In this document: piece by piece, positions 59,436 through 64,000 of the stretch
Layout: the number at the start of each line of letters is the position of its first letter
Numbering within the stretch: the stretch's first letter is position 1
From: an uncultured Bacteroidota bacterium
Lineage (GTDB): Bacteria > Bacteroidota > Bacteroidia > Bacteroidales > WCHB1-69
Direction: 5' to 3'
NCBI GenBank assembly: GCA_902774175.1
Contig: CACYHG010000002.1
Span: 27,297 to 91,296 of the forward strand
Length of the DNA: 64,000 nucleotides
Notes under the pieces: model-generated
Told to the model about the DNA's origin: nothing
Seen by the model: only the letters and a program-made list of their open reading frames with translations
Databases searched by the model: none
Translations under genes and position numbers: made by a program

Positions 59436-60103
59436 TGAAGAGAATTGTAAAGATACACAAGGAGGGGCTCCGCTTCATCATCGTGATATTTGCGCTGCTG
59501 GCGGTTGTTGTGGCGCTTATCTCAATTCATGTAGAGCAGGTGTGGATACATTATATATTATATGCCATCGCCATTGCCTTCTTCTATTTCGTGGTGCGTT
59601 TCTTCCGTGTGCCCAACCGTGAGATTATCAAGAATGACAAGGCTATCTACGCTCCCGCAGACGGCAAGATTGTGGTGATTGAGGAAATTGATGAGGATTG
59701 CTATTTCCACGACAGGCGGCTGCAGATCTCCATTTTCATGTCACCGCTGAACGTGCATGTCAACTCCTATCCGATATCGGGCAGGGTGGTGAAGTCGGAC
59801 TATTATCCCGGCAAGCATCTTGTGGCCTGGTATCCAAAGTCGTCCGAACTGAACGAACATACCAACGTTGTGCTTGAGAATGAGCGTGGCAAGCAGATTC
59901 TTGTCCGTCAGGTGGCAGGCAAGGTGGCGCGACGCATCGTCTGTTATTCCAAGGAGGGCGAGCAGGTGGAGCAGGGGAGCGAAATCGGCATCATCAAACT
60001 GGGTTCGCGGGTGGATGTGCTGCTGCCTTTGGATGTCAGCATAAATGTCGAGCTGGGAGAATCGGTCCGCTCCAAAAAGACCATTCTGGCATATTTTGAT
60101 TAG
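59435..60103 (+). CDS. psd: Phosphatidylserine decarboxylase (short Bacteroidetes type)
   Basis: N-terminal TM segments, then SPLNVHVN and a KLGSRVDVLLP self-cleavage-site-like motif. It overlaps the cdsA stop (TAATG). Confidence 0.8.
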   Translation: MKRIVKIHKEGLRFIIVIFALLAVVVALISIHVEQVWIHYILYAIAIAFFYFVVRFFRVPNREIIKNDKAIYAPADGKIVVIEEIDEDCYFHDRRLQISIFMSPLNVHVNSYPISGRVVKSDYYPGKHLVAWYPKSSELNEHTNVVLENERGKQILVRQVAGKVARRIVCYSKEGEQVEQGSEIGIIKLGSRVDVLLPLDVSINVELGESVRSKKTILAYFD

Positions 60104-60221
60104 TTTTGGTGCGATTTTTTTGCCCGATTCGGCGCACTGCTCCGATAGTTTTTATGTAAATTATTGAAATACAAAAATAAATATTATTTTGCCCATCAGG
60201 GTTTTCAATGGGGAAAAGTAG

Positions 60222-60229
60222 TAATTTTG
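60222..60229 (+). promoter_or_regulatory. -7 box TAATTTTG for the TPR gene
   Basis: taattttg lies 27 nt upstream of the ATG at 60256. Confidence 0.45.
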
Positions 60230-60255
60230 CACGCTTAAAATAAAGGATTGTAAAC

Positions 60256-60954
60256 ATGAGTATCGAAAACAAGGACAAGAAGGAAAAAAAGGATAATCTC
60301 GTTCAGGTGACCTCTTTCTTCACGAAAGTGGAAAACTGGTATGAGGCGAACAGAAAAAAGGTCAATGTCATTTCCACCGCAGTGCTGGTGGCTGTGCTGT
60401 TGTGCATCTATATCATTGTGTTCTGGATGCCGAAACGCCAGCAGAAGGCTGAACTCGCCATCTTCAAGGCGGAGCAGTATTTTGCGCAGGACTCCCTGCG
60501 TCAGGCGTTGGACGGTGACGGTGTGTACGACGGGCTTCTTTCGGTCGCCTCACGTTACCGCTGCACCAAAACTGCCAACCGCGCCCGTTATGAAATCGGT
60601 ATCTGTTATCTTCAGATGGGTGATTTCGAGCAGGCCATCAAATATCTGAAAAAATTCAAGGGCAAGGACAAGCTGGTCTCCGTGCAGGCTCTCGGTTCCA
60701 TCGGGGATGCCTATGTGGAGCTGAACAACCTCGACAAGGCCCTTACCTACTATAAGAAGGCTTCAAAAAAGAATCCCAACGACCTGCTCACACCGCGCTA
60801 TCTCTATCGTGCCGGACTGGTCTGCGAGAAAAAGGGTGACTGGAAGTCCGCCGCCAAGTTCTATGAGGATATGCGTCATGCCTATCCGAATGCAATGGAG
60901 ACGATGGACATCGAGAAGCGCATCGCCTTTGTGAACGCCAAGGCCGGAAAATAA
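60256..60954 (+). CDS. Membrane-anchored tetratricopeptide-repeat protein
   Basis: One TM segment (VISTAVLVAVLLCIYIIVFW) followed by TPR-like helices (ARYEIGICYLQMGDFEQAIKYLKK, ALTYYKKASKKNP). Confidence 0.7.
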   Translation: MSIENKDKKEKKDNLVQVTSFFTKVENWYEANRKKVNVISTAVLVAVLLCIYIIVFWMPKRQQKAELAIFKAEQYFAQDSLRQALDGDGVYDGLLSVASRYRCTKTANRARYEIGICYLQMGDFEQAIKYLKKFKGKDKLVSVQALGSIGDAYVELNNLDKALTYYKKASKKNPNDLLTPRYLYRAGLVCEKKGDWKSAAKFYEDMRHAYPNAMETMDIEKRIAFVNAKAGK

Positions 60955-60968
60955 GATAACATACAACC

Positions 60969-61448
60969 TTGCTTGCCGTGCATAAGGAGACCAATCTGTC
61001 AGCGGTGCATGCGAACGGTACGCTTACTGTCGCCCCCGACAAGCGGGTCGGGGTGGTCTGGTCCGAATGGAATCCTGAAATCACGGAGGCTTTGCGGGAC
61101 GGCTGTCTCGAAACATTGGAGGCACATGGCATCAAATCCATCCATTGCCTTTCTGTCCCCGGCAGTTTTGAATTGCCCTACGCTGCACAGCAGCTTATCC
61201 TGAAGGAGGGTATGGATGCTGTCGTTTGTCTCGGCTGCATCATCCAGGGGGAGACACGCCACTTTGATTTTATCGCCCAGGCCTGCGCTGACGGTATCAT
61301 GCGGGTGGGACTTGACAACAACACACCGGTCATTTTCGGTGTGCTTACCACCCAGAATATGGCACAGGCGCGTGACCGTGCCGGCGGCGCCCACGGAAAC
61401 AAAGGGGTTGAGGCCGCCTACACATGCATCAAGATGCTCGCTTTGTAG
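60969..61448 (+). CDS. ribH: 6,7-dimethyl-8-ribityllumazine synthase
   Basis: VPGSFELPYAAQ, LGCIIQGETRHFDF, PVIFGVLT and DRAGGAHGNKGVEAA. There is no in-frame ATG near the 5' end. The track start is TTG (60969), and GTG at 60978 or 61005 are alternatives. Confidence 0.85.
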   Translation: MLAVHKETNLSAVHANGTLTVAPDKRVGVVWSEWNPEITEALRDGCLETLEAHGIKSIHCLSVPGSFELPYAAQQLILKEGMDAVVCLGCIIQGETRHFDFIAQACADGIMRVGLDNNTPVIFGVLTTQNMAQARDRAGGAHGNKGVEAAYTCIKMLAL

Positions 61449-61492
61449 CATCTTTTTTTTTATCATGCTGTAACGTTTAAAAACAGGGAGAG

Positions 61493-62458
61493 ATGAAAAT
61501 AGTGTTTATGGGTACGCCGGAGTTCGCCTCCGTACTTTTGGAGAAGCTCGCCGCCTCCGGCGAACATGAGATTGCCGCTGTTGTGACTGTGCCTGACAAG
61601 GCTGTGGGGCGTGGTCTGAAACTTACCCCTTCAGCCGTAAAGCAGGTTGCAATGGCGCATGGGCTGCCTTTGCTGCAGCCGGAAAAATTGCGTGCCCCCG
61701 CCTTTTTGGAATCCCTTGCCGCATTCAACGCCGACCTGTTTCTGGTGGTGGCCTTCCGTATGCTGCCCGAGGTGGTTTGGCGTATGCCCTCAAAGGGCAC
61801 GGTCAACCTTCACGCCTCCCTGCTGCCCAAATACCGTGGTGCGGCGCCTATCCAGCGGGCTATCATGAACGGCGAGCGTGAGACGGGTGTGACCGCCTTC
61901 CTTATTGATGAGAAACTGGATGAGGGACGGATGCTCTGCTCCGTAACCGTGCCGGTTGCGCCGGATGAGACGGGCGGCGAGCTGCACGACGCGCTGTTAG
62001 ATGCCGCGTCCCCGCTGATGTTCGACACTCTGCGGAAAATTGAGGAGGGCAGCTTTGTCCCGGTGCCGCAGCCGGTGAACGACGGTACACTGCCGACCGC
62101 ACCGAAAATATTCAGGGAGGATTGCAGAATTGGGTGGAATCGTCCTGTTGAACAGATATACAATCAGATACGGGCATTATCGCCTTATCCGGGCGCTTTT
62201 ACGACGGTCCGGAAACAGGGGGGCGGGGAGGCCGTTCTGGTTAAAATTTTCAAGGCGGTGATGTCTCATGACAGTTGCGGGCTGCCTGCCGGCACTGTTA
62301 CGACGGACAACAGGCATACGCTGTCGGTGGCCGCTCCGGACGGCTGCCTGCGCGTGGAGGAGCTGCAGCTCTTCGGCAAGCGCCGCATGTCTGTCAGTGA
62401 TTTTTTGGCCGGTAACAAGGGCTTTGACGGTGCCGTCTGTCTGGAGGAGGAGGCATGA
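61493..62458 (+). CDS. fmt: Methionyl-tRNA formyltransferase
   Basis: MKIVFMGTPEFA, HASLLPKYRGAAPIQ, and a C-terminal domain of typical length. Confidence 0.9.
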   Translation: MKIVFMGTPEFASVLLEKLAASGEHEIAAVVTVPDKAVGRGLKLTPSAVKQVAMAHGLPLLQPEKLRAPAFLESLAAFNADLFLVVAFRMLPEVVWRMPSKGTVNLHASLLPKYRGAAPIQRAIMNGERETGVTAFLIDEKLDEGRMLCSVTVPVAPDETGGELHDALLDAASPLMFDTLRKIEEGSFVPVPQPVNDGTLPTAPKIFREDCRIGWNRPVEQIYNQIRALSPYPGAFTTVRKQGGGEAVLVKIFKAVMSHDSCGLPAGTVTTDNRHTLSVAAPDGCLRVEELQLFGKRRMSVSDFLAGNKGFDGAVCLEEEA

Positions 62459-64000
62459 AAACAGCCGCTTTTCTCCGGAAACATTCCGACGCCATCCTGC
62501 TCCTTCTGATGATGGCTGTAGCAGCGTGCCTCCGCTGGCCGCTGTTAGGCGTCTCCCTCACACATGATGAGGCCTCCGCCGCCACGCGGCTCGGCTTTTC
62601 ACATTTTTCCGACCTGATCAGGGAGGGTGTGGTTCCCGACGGACACCCGGCGGGACTGCAGCTCTTCTATTGGTTTTGGGTGCGGATTTTCGGATGTTCG
62701 GATTTTTCGTTGAGGCTGCCCGCCTTTCTGGTGGGGATTGCCTGCATTCCTGCCGCATACGCTGCGTGCAGGGTGTGGGTGAACCGCAGCTGCGGGCTTT
62801 TTGCCGCCGCCTATGTCGCCTTTTCACAATATGGTATGCTTTATGGCGTGCTGGCACGCCCGTACGGTTTCGGACTGTTGGCCGCGCTTTTGCTGACATA
62901 TTGCTGGGGAGGCTATGTCTGGCGGCAACGGAGCGGATGGAAAAACTCCATCTGTGTCGTGCTGCTGCTTGATGCCTGCGCCTACCTGCATTATTTCTCA
63001 TTCCTGTTCGCCTGCCTGATGGCGATAGCCGGTTTCCTGCTGCTGCCGAAGGAGCGTCTTAAAAGGTATCTCCTTGTCTGCATATCCGCCATTGTGCTCT
63101 ATCTGCCTCATCTGCCGGTCTTCTTGGCGCAGTTCAGCCGTAAGGGTGTGGGCGGGGAGGATGGATGGCTGTCGTCGCCGACGCCCTCCTTCTGGCTAGA
63201 TTATCCGCGCTATCTGCTGCATTTTTCCGTGGTGGTCGCCGTTGTGACAATCCTGACAGTTGTTCTTTATGGCTTCAGAAACAGACGTTCCCTGCCATGC
63301 CCGTGCAGACGGTGGCTTGTCGCACTCGCCCTGTTTCTCGCCCCAATGCTAATTGCCTATTTCTATTCAATGTATGTGAATCCGGTCCTGCAATACTCCG
63401 TGCTGCTCTTTTCCATGCCGATGGGGCTGATCGCACTCTTTGCAGTGCTGGATGAGCGTTTGGATGCGGGCAAGATTGTGCTGCTGATAGCCTTCTCGGC
63501 CACTTTGCTGGTGAGCCTTCACTGCCGGCGCGACCTCTTCCGCCTTATGCGGGATTCCTGGTATGACATTGCTGTTGAAAAGGTTAAGGAGCTTGAGAGG
63601 CAATATCCGGGAAAGACAGCCTGCGTGCTCAGGATGCCGCAACCTTTTGTCAGCTATTACCAGGAGAAGCACCACATGAAGCTGCCTGTGCTCTATTGTC
63701 CCTATGATTCTCCGGACGTCAGACGGATACGGACACTTTGTAGGAATTCCGACGCTTCGTATATTGTTGTCAGCGGCGGTGTGGAGAACGACCGTGCCGT
63801 CATTCGGGAGGTTTTCCCATATCTGGTGTCATACCAGCCGCTCCATCCTTTGGACCTTTATGTCTACAGCCGCGATTCTGTTGCCTGTTCTGCTGCGCAG
63901 AAGATGCTGGGCTGCCGTAACCGCCGGTTCGATGGGATGCGGGTGACAGATGCTGACGAGTATGTCGGCCTGTTCGAGTTTCCATACGACAGTTTGTGTG
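62455..64000 (+). CDS. ArnT/GT39-like (GT-C fold) membrane glycosyltransferase, 3'-truncated by the window end
   Basis: My own translation from the ATG at 62455 (ATGA overlap with the fmt stop) gives MKTAAFLRKHSDAILLLLMMAVAACLRWPLLGVSLTHDEAS...LRLPAFLVGIACIP.... About 9 or more TM helices are followed by a soluble tail, and the ORF is still open at 64000. The family call is tentative. Confidence 0.55.
   Translation, partial: MKTAAFLRKHSDAILLLLMMAVAACLRWPLLGVSLTHDEASAATRLGFSHFSDLIREGVVPDGHPAGLQLFYWFWVRIFGCSDFSLRLPAFLVGIACIPAAYAACRVWVNRSCGLFAAAYVAFSQYGMLYGVLARPYGFGLLAALLLTYCWGGYVWRQRSGWKNSICVVLLLDACAYLHYFSFLFACLMAIAGFLLLPKERLKRYLLVCISAIVLYLPHLPVFLAQFSRKGVGGEDGWLSSPTPSFWLDYPRYLLHFSVVVAVVTILTVVLYGFRNRRSLPCPCRRWLVALALFLAPMLIAYFYSMYVNPVLQYSVLLFSMPMGLIALFAVLDERLDAGKIVLLIAFSATLLVSLHCRRDLFRLMRDSWYDIAVEKVKELERQYPGKTACVLRMPQPFVSYYQEKHHMKLPVLYCPYDSPDVRRIRTLCRNSDASYIVVSGGVENDRAVIREVFPYLVSYQPLHPLDLYVYSRDSVACSAAQKMLGCRNRRFDGMRVTDADEYVGLFEFPYDSLC

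Noticed and set aside
60955-60968. FMN riboswitch upstream of ribH (and upstream of ribE-adk at 11326-11403)
   Set aside because: The intergenic spaces (14 nt and 78 nt) are too short for the ~140-nt FMN aptamer, and no conserved FMN-element sequence is seen.
1-64000. CRISPR arrays, rRNA genes, IS elements, integrases and prophage genes
   Set aside because: I looked for regularly spaced short repeats, rRNA-like conserved stretches, and DDE/tyrosine-recombinase motifs in all track ORFs. None was found. The only notable repeat is the 132-bp pair near uvrB.

Overview
This 64-kb chromosomal segment looks like a Bacteroidota (Bacteroidales-type) genome, with GC in the mid-50s % judged by eye. The taxonomic call rests on T9SS components (PorP/SprF, a GldJ-like lipoprotein), two proteins with T9SS C-terminal sorting domains, many lipoproteins, and recurrent TAnnTTTG -7 promoter boxes. 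I call about 50 protein genes and one tRNA (CAU anticodon, tRNA-Ile2-like). I recognised no rRNA, CRISPR array, transposase or integrase.

Most genes are housekeeping: mnmE, trkAH, murF, anmK, fba, uvrB, pepP, cdd, tadA, pgi, speB, prmC, rlmN, yebC-family, cdsA, psd, ribH and fmt.

Seven regions deserve a second look:
1. A 13.6-kb minus-strand block (25040-38703) encodes a 623-aa beta-barrel, a 2901-aa signal-peptide protein with no family I can name, an AT-rich inserted lipoprotein gene, and a 746-aa FN3-repeat protein. None carries a T9SS sorting domain. This is my best candidate for an undescribed envelope system.
2. A lipoprotein/lipoprotein/beta-barrel operon (14885-18519). Its barrel carries the same unusual poly-Lys tail after the last strand as the barrel in region 1.
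3. A single 399-aa ORF fusing riboflavin synthase to adenylate kinase. The codon where the Adk ATG is expected reads ACG.
4. A low-GC islet between uvrB and pepP. It has a 132-bp direct repeat (130/132 identical), each copy ending in a 12-13-bp-stem hairpin. One copy supplies the uvrB stop codon. The repeats bracket a lipoprotein cassette next to a rhuM-family gene.
5. A NapH-like/NapG-like fused polyferredoxin with an internal twin-arginine motif, followed by a Tat-lipoprotein Fe-S aldo/keto reductase.
6. A 738-aa protein with a canonical EF-hand loop and C-terminal TM helices.
7. A Fic-fold protein with a degenerate catalytic motif.

All calls come from reading the ORF translations and the DNA. 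No database search or computation was possible, so family names are recognition from memory and GC statements are visual estimates.
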